From NCBI GenBank assembly GCA_001661245.1, contig KV454012.1, forward strand, positions 402,147-466,146: a DNA stretch of 64,000 bases. The letters run 5' to 3'. The position numbers and the translations under genes are program-made. Of the stretch, positions 34,327 to 44,801 are shown piece by piece (within the stretch, counting starts at the first letter, position 1; the number at the start of each line of letters is the position of its first letter). Below the pieces are notes generated by a model. It searched no databases. It saw only the letters and a list, made by a program, of their open reading frames with translations, and was not told where the DNA came from. The stretch comes from Pachysolen tannophilus NRRL Y-2460. Its lineage: Eukaryota.

Positions 34327-35658
34327 ATGGGTTGTGGTACATCAAAGGAAGAAATTCCTAGCAATCAAACGGTAAAACCCCAGGTAACGAAACGCACACC
34401 TTCAACTTCAGCAAACAGATCCGGGCAACAACAGTATCAACAGCAGCAGCACCAGCAGCACCAGCAGCATCATGATCTTATAGATCAAAATAAATATCCA
34501 GATGTGCATTCAACAGATATGTCAGGGAGCACGAATTCAAATGAGGCGATACTGGAAATAAATAATAATCAAACGCTGGAAACAAGCGCAAATCACTCTA
34601 TTGTGGGGAAACAAAACCTTGCTAATGGCTTAACCAAAGACTCTAATATTGGTGGCAGTTCAGATTTAGCAGCTGCGGCAGAAGGTGAAATAAAGATATT
34701 GTTGTTGGGTTCTGGTGAAAGTGGGAAATCAACTATATTGAAGCAAATGAAAATTTTACATCAAAATGGATTTTCACAGCAAGAACTACGTGATCATAGA
34801 CCATTTGTTTATAAAAATATATTGGATTGTGCAGTGACTTTACTGAAGGCCTTGAAGGAATTTGATATGGTTGAACAGTTAGAAGAGTTAAAAGACGAAG
34901 ATTTGGAATATATCATTGGTTCAAATGTTCCTTTGCTACCAAGTGAATGTATTGATCAACAGTTGGCCGAAAAGATTCTCAAATTGGTAAAAGACCCAGT
35001 AATAGATGAATTAATACAAAAACATGGAAATAGTTTTTATTTAATGGATTCTGCCAATTATTTTTTTGAAAATTTGGAAAGAATTTTTGATCCTGAATAT
35101 ATTCCATCCTCAACAGATGTGTTACGAACAAGAAAACAAACTTCAGGTATATTTGATACCGTTTTCGATATGGGGAATTTAAAAATTCATATGTATGATG
35201 TTGGGGGACAAAGATCAGAACGTAAAAAATGGATCCATTGTTTTTATAATGTTACATTAATCATTTTTTGCGTTGCGTTATCAGAATACGATCAAGTATT
35301 GTTGGAAGAATCTACACAAAATAGATTAGAAGAGTCGTTTAGACTTTTTGACTCTGTTGTTAATTCTAGATGGTTCAGTCGTACTTCTGTAGTTTTATTT
35401 TTAAACAAGATAGATATATTTGCCGAAAAATTGGCATCTTCACCATTGGAAAACTATTTCCCAGATTACACAGGAGGCAACGATGTTAACAAAGCTGCAA
35501 AATATATTTTATGGAGATTAACACAATTAAACAGAGGTCGCTTAAATATTTATCCACATGTTACGCAGGCCATTGACACATCTAATATTAAACTAGTCTT
35601 TGCAGCTGTCAAAGAAACAATTTTAGAAAATTCATTACGTGAGACAGGAATCTTATAG
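34327..35658 (+). CDS. GPA2: Heterotrimeric G-protein alpha subunit (Gpa2 class)
   Basis: MGCGTS lipidation site, [41 protein letters not shown]. Confidence 0.9.
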   Translation: MGCGTSKEEIPSNQTVKPQVTKRTPSTSANRSGQQQYQQQQHQQHQQHHDLIDQNKYPDVHSTDMSGSTNSNEAILEINNNQTLETSANHSIVGKQNLANGLTKDSNIGGSSDLAAAAEGEIKILLLGSGESGKSTILKQMKILHQNGFSQQELRDHRPFVYKNILDCAVTLLKALKEFDMVEQLEELKDEDLEYIIGSNVPLLPSECIDQQLAEKILKLVKDPVIDELIQKHGNSFYLMDSANYFFENLERIFDPEYIPSSTDVLRTRKQTSGIFDTVFDMGNLKIHMYDVGGQRSERKKWIHCFYNVTLIIFCVALSEYDQVLLEESTQNRLEESFRLFDSVVNSRWFSRTSVVLFLNKIDIFAEKLASSPLENYFPDYTGGNDVNKAAKYILWRLTQLNRGRLNIYPHVTQAIDTSNIKLVFAAVKETILENSLRETGIL

Positions 35659-36026
35659 TAATATGATATGAAAAATAAAAGTAAATACAAACATTATAAT
35701 ATAAATAAATTCATTTGTAACAATCTTGTAGTAAAAAGATCACTTTTCTTCAACTTCTATTGTCTACTAATCTTTATTCAGGGTCTAAAAGTAACTTAAA
35801 GGGTTTCGCTGTTAAAACAGTTATTTTCTTCGGTTCGGGATTTGACGCATATCTTTTTAGGAAATTTTTATACCCGATGAGATCCTACCACCGATACATA
35901 CATAAAAACAAGCTCATTACTTATTTTTTAACCTATAATTCGGTTTTTATAACAATTTATCTTTTTTATAAAATAGATGGAATAGATGGATGGAATCGCT
36001 GGGCCAGAATTTAGAATAATATTGAA

Positions 36027-39000
36027 ATGATTGTACGATTTTTGCACTTGTTGGTGTATTTGAAATGGTATATTTTTTCATTGCTGTTGATATTAATAGT
36101 GTTCCATTCATACATAATCAATAAGTTTATAAAACCATTTCGGATAGGGTCTATTTTCATTATCGGATGGCTTGTATTAGTAATTACTAATGTTGGTTAC
36201 AATAATGATCGGAAAGGTCGAAAGGTATCAATAGGCTCGATCAAAGTCCTGTTGTTTTCTAAAAGCGAGATATTGTTTACTTTTAAAGACTTTAATTATG
36301 ACGACAATAATCATGTTCATGTAAATATAAGTTCGATAACATTTGGATTAAGTTTATCGATATTCAATAATATTACAAAGTTGAGAAATATTAGGAAACC
36401 GGAAAATCTATTGAGTGTTATTTTGCAATTGTCAAATTCATCTATAATATCAGCAACTAATACTAAAATTATCAATAATGAAACCTCCTTGTGTTACTCG
36501 GTGAAAAATTTTAAAATTTTATTCAAGAATTCAGAAGGCAATTTTAAATCAAAAGAATTTATGTTATCTTTGACAGCGTTTAAAATTGAAGATCTACAAA
36601 CAGCATGTAATATAATTTATTTTCCTTTTGCAAATCATACAAACTATATAAAAGTTGAAGAAATATTCCAACTACTTACTAAGAAAGAAAAGCAGTTTAA
36701 AAACTTATCAAGTTGTTTAAGTCAAACTCTTATTACAATCAATAGTCCTTTGATCCAATTGTCGTCAAAAAATATTGAAGCATTGAGTAAAAAGCAACTG
36801 AACAATTCTAGTAGCGTATCTTCCTTGAAAAATGATGATAATAATAGTGATAAGCTCAAAAATATCTTGACATATTTAGGCTTATTAAAATTAAAATTAT
36901 TTGTTCTCGACACGCAGTTGGAAATAAACACAAAAGAAGATGTGAAGTTCAAGTTTCGTTTGAATGAAATGTTACTAGATATAACGAATTCAGACTCGCT
37001 TAATATCATATTAAGCTCCTTTTTGAGATTCAAATTATTAGAAGGTTATTTGATGCTTCCTGATGAAAAATCGATTAAATGCTTTTCTTTGAACAAAAGT
37101 CATTCAACATTTTCAGTGTCAGATCTCAATCAAGTCAACCATGAGATTTATGTAGATAATTGCTCGATTCAATTGAATGACTACGTAATATTGAAAAATA
37201 TAAGGAAAGTTATGGAGTTAATTTCCTTACTGAAGCAAAAAACAGCAAAAACGACAAATGGTAACATGCATATTGATAACAAAATTTTCATTTTAAACAA
37301 GATACCTGAATATTTTGAAACTTTTGATATCAACATTACAAATTTCAAAATTATAAGTTGCTTTAAAAATATCTTTCCACCTTTGGAGGGTATTGATGGC
37401 ATTGATTTGTCATCAGTAAACCGTGGAATTGAATTTAAATTGTCCAGTTTTAGGCTGAAGTACAACAAAACTTCAAAGAGATTATTGAAATTTTTATTTG
37501 AAAATCTGAGTCTTTTACTTATCAACGAATCCAAAAAACCATTTATCTCTATTGATTTGTTTAAAGGATATTTAGATGATTCACAAAAAATCTTGGAAAC
37601 AAAATTATATCAATTAGATGGATTTATCTCTTTAGAAGTTGTTTGGAATTTATTATTCATTTTCAAATTAATGGAAACTGCTATTCCAAGACCCAAGTAT
37701 GACAATACAAAAATAGTCTATAATGGCAACGATGCAATTGACTCAAACCCTGATAATAATTTAAAATGGCTTTTCCTACTTGATTCCGCAACAATCAAAT
37801 TATTTTTGCCTAATAATTATCGATTGCTATTGGAGTTAGATAAGTTAATGTTATCTAATGTTAAGGATAGCGGTTTGAACAATTTTAGAATATTTGTTGT
37901 TCATCCTTTTGTTGAGGGTGCGTGGGTAAGACTTATTACAGTCAAATCAACAAAAATTATAAACAAGCCTAAGGACACTGACGATGAGTTTACTCCCTTG
38001 TATTTAATAGATACAGATGGTTTAAGATTGACTATTCCATTTGAATTTATGTTCTACAAGATTGTTGATAATCTTGTGAGTTTCATCAAAGCAACAAAGC
38101 AGATAAGATCGAATTTTTCGAATCTCTCAGAGCTGTTGGTGAAAAATGCAAATATAGATTGGAAAATTAACAAAATATTTCCTCACAAAATAATACACCC
38201 GCTTGCTATGCCAAAACTTAAAATTAATTCGAAATGTTTTATTTTTGAAATGGATGATGATCCTTTTGAAGCAGAATTAAGCTTGATATTTCAAACCGGG
38301 CAACTTGAACAAAAAGAACGAATTTTGAAACTAGAAAATTTCATGGAAAAAGAAGAAAAAATGTTAGAAGATTTGAATAGCAAATATCCGTCATTAGATG
38401 CAAAATATAAAAAAAGTTATGATGATTACGTGGGGTTCTCTGATGAGATAGCTCGAAATCCTGCAAGAAAAAATTTTGATGATGATAATTTTCGTAGAGG
38501 TCCAATCAGAGGAGTTAAGACCAGTCCGACTTTTAATGTCTCCAGATCACGTTCGAGATCATCATCACCATTAAGTCATGACATTATACCTCCAAACAGA
38601 AGCTCGACGGGTTTTCCATTTCAGCACATTCACCATCATCAGCCCAGCTCTTTAAATATAGTTGGCGATTACAAAGATGAAACGGCCGAAGAACAAGAAA
38701 TCAGAAGTTATAATGAGGATTTGACTAAACTAAGATTTAAGTTATTGGTTGCTAGAAAAAGACTTTACCGGAATTTCAGTGAATCCTGGATCAATAGATA
38801 TAATGCTTTTAAAGCTAGTAGAGTAAATTCGGTTATATCCAAAAATGAAGTATTCTTTGGAGAAACTGATGAAATCCCTAAAAGAGTTTTGGATAAATAT
38901 GATATTGTGGAAAGGCCAAACAATCCGGCGTTGTTTTCGGTAATTTTCAAAGATCTAAATGTCATATTAGATAAACCACACACTTTTGAATTGGAGAACT

Positions 39001-42000
39001 ACCATGACTTTCTTTACGAAATAGGGAAGAAACAACCAAAGAATTTGAGCTATTCAACTCTTATACCTCTAAACTTACACTTGAACTGTAGTAGAATATT
39101 GCTACAGTTAAGAGATTATCCGCTTGCGTTATTACATCTTCCGAATGATGACACTAATTCTTCGAAATCCATTGATATAAATGGAGATATAATAATAGGT
39201 GAACTCTTCTATGCTCCAGAAGAACTAAGATTAGTTTATGTTCCTTTTGTGAAAAAAATAAAGCTTCCAGTTGATTCTGTTTTTTCTTTGAACGTTCCAA
39301 GAACTTTGACATCAATCAAGTTTTATACAAATTTAAGAATCACCGTCAGTTCTTCAAATTCTAGTCAAATAGCATGGTGTAAATCTTTCCAACCTGGTAT
39401 ATCTTATGCTATGTCACGTTTTGACGTATTAACAAAACCTCCAATTGATAGATCCCCAAAAATCGGATTTTGGGACAAATTCAGACTTAATTTTCATGGA
39501 AAATTCGATTTCAACTTCAAAAAAGATTTAGTATTGTTTATCAAAGGTTCATCAAGTCCATATAACCTTATTGAAAAGGGAGCTGGATTTGCTTTTTGTT
39601 GGGACAATGAAGTCAATTTAAGAATTAATCACTATGATAGTCCTGATAAATTTATGGTTATCACCTCGAAGAGATTCAAAATTGCAATTCCAAATTTTTC
39701 TTCAGTTCAAAAGCAAAATTGGAAAGCTTATAGAGACCGAATTTACAATTTGAAGGAGGATGATGGCAATATGGGTAACACCAATATAGATTATCTAAAA
39801 GTTTTGATGAAACTAAGGGATGAAAAAATTGTTTGGAAATTAGGTATGCTTTTTGAGCGCGATGCGAACAATGACAGGTATGCCACACCTGGTAGAAGTG
39901 CTAGAACTAGTAGCTTTAAACCTCACTATGAAGTTCTGTTGAGAAATCCTGTTTATGTTAAAGATGGAGAATATTATGATTCATATAAAGGTTTTAGATC
40001 AGATTATGTCCACATGGCTGTTAGTGTTGATTCATCAGGTCCTTCAAGCTATAACTCTGTTCATTTGTCACCAATGTCATTTGCGCATTTTTTTCCTTGG
40101 TGGTCGTTATTCGGTAATAGTATTTCTGTACCAGCTAAAACAGGAAAGCTTTTTGAGAATAAATTATTAGACTCAAGACGCTCTATAAAGTTTGGTGCTC
40201 ATTTATTCAGTATGAAATATCAATTGAAACTAAAACATTTATTTATTGGTCATTTATACAGTCATTCAAGTTCAGAAGAATTGAAAAAGCATAATAAGTT
40301 GGCATTTACTGGCTTAAAGGCACAGTTCAGTAATTTCAGTATGGATTTGCATCAGCGAAAACAACAAACTAGATACGTTAATACCGAACTTAATGTTTGT
40401 AAAAGTATTTGGAAAATGAAGATGAATCAAGGAGAGCTTGACTTCGAAAATGCAGATATCAGATTAATATCCGCTTTATTTAATGATAATTCGATTGAAA
40501 GTTATTTAGCTGAAAACTTAGGAATTGATACTTCCGCTTCGTCTTCAGAAAATGTATCAACTGCTGCTGCATCAAGTAATTTTCAAAATATGTCGTCTTG
40601 CCCTACTATGGAGTCAGGGTCATGGATTGATTTTGATGATTATGTGGAACTAGAATCGCCTCCAATAAAATCGAGATTTCCAAAAGTAAAATTGTTGGAA
40701 CTAGTGTCCTCGCCAAGGTTTTCCTACTTTAAGCAGCTGGATGCTGATAACGCACATGATGATAATCCTCTACCCTACCCTTTTGGTGATGAACCTTCTC
40801 ATGAGTGTTTGATTGGTGAAAATCATCCAGAGAGAACGCAAGAAGTTTTACTTGAGAATAGGGCAAAAATCATCGAAGACCAAATTACCACGAATGAAGT
40901 ATCTATACATGCTTTACTGAGTGATCCAACGATGGCTCAAGAGCCTTTGGCTGAAGGTAAAGCTAAACAGTTGGAGAACGAAATCCATATTTTGAAACAC
41001 AAGTTGCACATTGTACGTAGGGTTTTAACTGATATTTCAATATCAGGTAAAGCTGATGAGCAAAGCATTTATGAAGAAGATACTGCGGAATCTGAAATTT
41101 TTAGGTCTCGCTCCAATTTCTCGATGGATTCACGTAGTTATTCAATTGCTCCATCAATGAGCAATAGTAACATGCCTGTAATCAAAACCTTAACGAGCCG
41201 TGCTTCCTTCAGAGAAATGAAAGAGGCATCTTCACCTAATGCAATTTCAACTTTCAACAATAGGTTCGTTATTCATAACATGAAATTGAAATGGAATAAT
41301 AGTATTAGAAATATACTATTTCAGTACATTCAAAAAGTTAGTGATAGAAGATCACTAGTTTTTTTCATGGGAAGAAAAGCTGTTAATTTTGCAGAAAATT
41401 TGATTAGTCAAACACTTTCCAAAGGTAATGATGAAAAGCTACAGTTCGATGAATTTAAATATGAGTTTGAATCTCCATCTGATACAATAAGTAACTTCGA
41501 TCATGACTTGAGATTTCTTCAGTCAGAGAATGAAGAGACCGTAGATCATTATTTGTTCAAACTAGTTGCTCCGCAAATTCAGTTAGTTAGTGATGAAGCT
41601 CCAGATTCTTGCTTGCTAATAACTTGCCGTGATGTTACAATGAAGGTTATCTCTGTAAGTTCGAATAGAGAAAGCGAAGCTTTTATAACTGAAAGTGAGG
41701 AGGTTTCAAGGCTATTAGAAACAAGACATGGGGTTTTATTGAATAACGCACAATTTTATGTTTTGGATAAAGAAAAGATTCTGAATAATAGTTACGGGAT
41801 TTTTAGCACTGACTCCGAGCAGTGGCCACCATGGCTAGCCGTTGAGGTATGTTATGACCCTCTTTCTCTTGAAAATGCATTAGTTATTGAAAGAACCACT
41901 CTTGGATTCATTTACACAAAGCCCAATTCATTATATATGTCTAATGAGATACTGAAATCTGGGAAAAAAGATGAAGTTTTGAATTTTAAGACTTTGCATA

Positions 42001-43799
42001 GGTTTAGCCAAATCAAAGTTTTCTTTCCAAAAATTGCAATATCTTCTACTTCCCATCAATATGATGTCATATACAATATTGCTACCGACTTATTGATATA
42101 TAGCGATATAGAGAAAAAGAATGTTACTGACAGACTAGAAAATTTGGTTGCAGTTTCTGATATTCGTGATTACGAAGGTTTTGATAAAAAAATTGAGGAT
42201 ATTCAGAAGAAAATTATTTTACTTAGAAAGACGAAATTGTTATTAAAATTATATGAGAATGATTTGACAAAGGAAGAAAAAGAGAATGTTCTTTCCATTG
42301 ATATCGAAATAAGAAGGCTATCTTTGGAGTTAACATTAATTATGAAGGTTTTACAAAAAACTGCATCATTTAGAAAAACAGATCTTCTTGACACGATACA
42401 ATGGATATTAGCTGCAGATCAGATTATATGGCATTTTCTCGATGACAACAGAAATCAATTCGTGGATTTTGCTATAGCTGAATCGTATTTTACAAGAGTA
42501 CAGTCTCCAGTTGGTGCAAATTCTAATAAGATTGTTATTTCAAGAATTCAAGGATTTGATCTTCAACCGCGTTCAAGATATCCTGATATTTTGGTTCCAT
42601 TCATTGATGGTAATAAAACCAAGAAAAAATTCAATGAGTCTTACCCAATGATAGAAATTGAATGGACGTTACTTAAACCTGTCGGGGGAATTAAAGTCAT
42701 TGATCACGCTGAGCTTAAGATTCAACCATTGAAGATTCAAATTGATCACTCTACAGCTACTAAAATTTTCAATTTTCTTTATCCCTCTGATGGTAACAAT
42801 AAACACGAGGATATGAATGACAGTCCAGTAGAGATTTTATTTGACAGTGATAGCGAACCTGACCAAGTTGAAAATTCATCATACCAAATTTATGATCATT
42901 CCTCAGAGAGCAGTAGAAAATCAAGTATTGATGAAGTTGTTAGGCCACTGGGCATTGTGAGCTCTATTCCTTCGCATCAGTCGAAAAATACACATAGGGC
43001 AAAGCATTTATCTGCAATTTTTTCAAAAAGATCTTCAAATCTGTCTTTGAGAAGAGAAGTTTTAACATCAAGTATTAAGAAAAATGATGCTAATAGATCT
43101 GATAACGAAAAGGAAATGATGCAACGTGCTTCAAAATATAGCTGTATCAATAGAATTTCAATTCCTAGTATTCTTTTGTGCGTTAGTTTCAAAGGAACTG
43201 GATATTTGAGCATAGTCGACGTTGAAGAGTTGATTGTTAATCTTCCTGATCTCAATTACGTTAATAAGCTATGGACTTCCGAAGAATTTGCATTGAAGTT
43301 GAAAAAGGATATTTTAAAATCAATTCTTCGTAACACTGGACAAATTCTTGGAAATAAATTTAAGTCTCATAAAAAGAAGAACAGGTTTTCGGATCCTATG
43401 AAACAAATTACAAACTACAAATCATTTCTTAGTATCGAAGATTTGAAACTTAATGGTCGCGAGTCCGGTAATGATCAACAAACTGGAAACCAAGATAATA
43501 GTGATGAGAACAACCAAAAAAATCATGAATCTCACATCCATCATCACCATCACAATCACGCTCACGGACACCAACATGTAGTGGATCCAGAATTGGCTGA
43601 ACCAACTAGAAGCATTAGGAACAACTACAATTTCAAGAAAGCTGTCGGACCACCTAGTGAAAAAGAAGCTCCTCAGGTGGAACCTTACTTTCTGGATTTA
43701 CAGGCAGAAGCAGATAATGGTTTCCACAGCATATCAAATCCCCCACTGGACGTACTTTCTTCTATCAAAGAATCTAATGAAAGTATGTCAAGTTCCTAA
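36027..43799 (+). CDS. FMP27: Bridge-like lipid transfer protein (Fmp27/Hobbit, BLTP2)
   Basis: N-terminal TM segment; DDPFEAEL, FSESWI, LRDYPL, KIGFWDK, WPPW and EMMQRASKY motifs; 2590 aa. Confidence 0.92.
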   Translation: MIVRFLHLLVYLKWYIFSLLLILIVFHSYIINKFIKPFRIGSIFIIGWLVLVITNVGYNNDRKGRKVSIGSIKVLLFSKSEILFTFKDFNYDDNNHVHVNISSITFGLSLSIFNNITKLRNIRKPENLLSVILQLSNSSIISATNTKIINNETSLCYSVKNFKILFKNSEGNFKSKEFMLSLTAFKIEDLQTACNIIYFPFANHTNYIKVEEIFQLLTKKEKQFKNLSSCLSQTLITINSPLIQLSSKNIEALSKKQLNNSSSVSSLKNDDNNSDKLKNILTYLGLLKLKLFVLDTQLEINTKEDVKFKFRLNEMLLDITNSDSLNIILSSFLRFKLLEGYLMLPDEKSIKCFSLNKSHSTFSVSDLNQVNHEIYVDNCSIQLNDYVILKNIRKVMELISLLKQKTAKTTNGNMHIDNKIFILNKIPEYFETFDINITNFKIISCFKNIFPPLEGIDGIDLSSVNRGIEFKLSSFRLKYNKTSKRLLKFLFENLSLLLINESKKPFISIDLFKGYLDDSQKILETKLYQLDGFISLEVVWNLLFIFKLMETAIPRPKYDNTKIVYNGNDAIDSNPDNNLKWLFLLDSATIKLFLPNNYRLLLELDKLMLSNVKDSGLNNFRIFVVHPFVEGAWVRLITVKSTKIINKPKDTDDEFTPLYLIDTDGLRLTIPFEFMFYKIVDNLVSFIKATKQIRSNFSNLSELLVKNANIDWKINKIFPHKIIHPLAMPKLKINSKCFIFEMDDDPFEAELSLIFQTGQLEQKERILKLENFMEKEEKMLEDLNSKYPSLDAKYKKSYDDYVGFSDEIARNPARKNFDDDNFRRGPIRGVKTSPTFNVSRSRSRSSSPLSHDIIPPNRSSTGFPFQHIHHHQPSSLNIVGDYKDETAEEQEIRSYNEDLTKLRFKLLVARKRLYRNFSESWINRYNAFKASRVNSVISKNEVFFGETDEIPKRVLDKYDIVERPNNPALFSVIFKDLNVILDKPHTFELENYHDFLYEIGKKQPKNLSYSTLIPLNLHLNCSRILLQLRDYPLALLHLPNDDTNSSKSIDINGDIIIGELFYAPEELRLVYVPFVKKIKLPVDSVFSLNVPRTLTSIKFYTNLRITVSSSNSSQIAWCKSFQPGISYAMSRFDVLTKPPIDRSPKIGFWDKFRLNFHGKFDFNFKKDLVLFIKGSSSPYNLIEKGAGFAFCWDNEVNLRINHYDSPDKFMVITSKRFKIAIPNFSSVQKQNWKAYRDRIYNLKEDDGNMGNTNIDYLKVLMKLRDEKIVWKLGMLFERDANNDRYATPGRSARTSSFKPHYEVLLRNPVYVKDGEYYDSYKGFRSDYVHMAVSVDSSGPSSYNSVHLSPMSFAHFFPWWSLFGNSISVPAKTGKLFENKLLDSRRSIKFGAHLFSMKYQLKLKHLFIGHLYSHSSSEELKKHNKLAFTGLKAQFSNFSMDLHQRKQQTRYVNTELNVCKSIWKMKMNQGELDFENADIRLISALFNDNSIESYLAENLGIDTSASSSENVSTAAASSNFQNMSSCPTMESGSWIDFDDYVELESPPIKSRFPKVKLLELVSSPRFSYFKQLDADNAHDDNPLPYPFGDEPSHECLIGENHPERTQEVLLENRAKIIEDQITTNEVSIHALLSDPTMAQEPLAEGKAKQLENEIHILKHKLHIVRRVLTDISISGKADEQSIYEEDTAESEIFRSRSNFSMDSRSYSIAPSMSNSNMPVIKTLTSRASFREMKEASSPNAISTFNNRFVIHNMKLKWNNSIRNILFQYIQKVSDRRSLVFFMGRKAVNFAENLISQTLSKGNDEKLQFDEFKYEFESPSDTISNFDHDLRFLQSENEETVDHYLFKLVAPQIQLVSDEAPDSCLLITCRDVTMKVISVSSNRESEAFITESEEVSRLLETRHGVLLNNAQFYVLDKEKILNNSYGIFSTDSEQWPPWLAVEVCYDPLSLENALVIERTTLGFIYTKPNSLYMSNEILKSGKKDEVLNFKTLHRFSQIKVFFPKIAISSTSHQYDVIYNIATDLLIYSDIEKKNVTDRLENLVAVSDIRDYEGFDKKIEDIQKKIILLRKTKLLLKLYENDLTKEEKENVLSIDIEIRRLSLELTLIMKVLQKTASFRKTDLLDTIQWILAADQIIWHFLDDNRNQFVDFAIAESYFTRVQSPVGANSNKIVISRIQGFDLQPRSRYPDILVPFIDGNKTKKKFNESYPMIEIEWTLLKPVGGIKVIDHAELKIQPLKIQIDHSTATKIFNFLYPSDGNNKHEDMNDSPVEILFDSDSEPDQVENSSYQIYDHSSESSRKSSIDEVVRPLGIVSSIPSHQSKNTHRAKHLSAIFSKRSSNLSLRREVLTSSIKKNDANRSDNEKEMMQRASKYSCINRISIPSILLCVSFKGTGYLSIVDVEELIVNLPDLNYVNKLWTSEEFALKLKKDILKSILRNTGQILGNKFKSHKKKNRFSDPMKQITNYKSFLSIEDLKLNGRESGNDQQTGNQDNSDENNQKNHESHIHHHHHNHAHGHQHVVDPELAEPTRSIRNNYNFKKAVGPPSEKEAPQVEPYFLDLQAEADNGFHSISNPPLDVLSSIKESNESMSSS

Positions 43800-44738
43800 T
43801 TTGTTTTTCTTTATTTTATTTTTTTTTTTTTTTTTTTTTAGTTTTTTTTCATTTGGCGAAGGGCTGTTTTATGTATTTGTATATATATATATTTATGTAT
43901 TTTAGGTTTTTTATAAATTGTTTCTTAATATTTCATCTGTCTGTAAAAGTTAATGAAAAGATGTAATTTAGTAAGCTATCGTGTTTTTTTTATTAGTCGG
44001 CCCTCTTCTATCTAGACGAGCTCTAACTAGTTAGTCAACTCAAAAAGCCGAACCGAACCTGTTATCTATAGTTTGCATATGCTTATGCACGGCGATGAGA
44101 AATATAGTTAAAAAAAGATCTACACCGATGACTTACGTAATATTTTCTTTGTTTAAAAACCTTTTGCATACGAAATATTATCTAACAAATAAGGTTAGAA
44201 AAGGTAATGAATCTAAAAACCTTTGCTATCAGAACTTTTTATTTTTCTTGAATTAAGTTGCACAAACACGAGAATAACAAAGGGGAAAATATCATTAGTT
44301 GAAAATGAAAAAACTATATATATGTATTAGTGTAAAGTTCTATCTTTTTCTGTCTAGTTTATAACAAAACCACAATTATTTGAAGTAAATATTTTGAAAA
44401 AAAGGTAAAAAAAAAAAAAAAAAAAAAGAAAAAGAGGCAACTTCATCACTCTAGCTCTATTCACTGCAGTATTTTTTAATTGGAATTAAATATATATCCC
44501 TTTTCAGATCTAAAAGTTTTAGTTTGTTCTTTTTGTTTGATTCCATAAACAACTGAACAAAACAAAAATACTTATATTTCTAAATAAAAATACTCTTTTA
44601 TTAAATATCAGAAAAGTCTAGGTTTAGTTCATAAAAGGTTGCTGCACCGTTATAAGTTTGATATAAAGTCAATTCACTATTAGATTAAATCTTGTTTGTA
44701 AAAGATAAGTTTTAATCAAGTTTTTTCCATCGGCGCTT

Positions 44739-44783
<45 letters not shown>

Positions 44784-44801
44784 CTTTATTTGTCTTCAAC
44801 T

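Noticed and set aside
44079..44092. ATGCTTATGCACGG resembles the 5' end of yeast U4 snRNA
   Set aside because: No following kink-turn stem-loop, U6 stem I sequence or properly spaced Sm site
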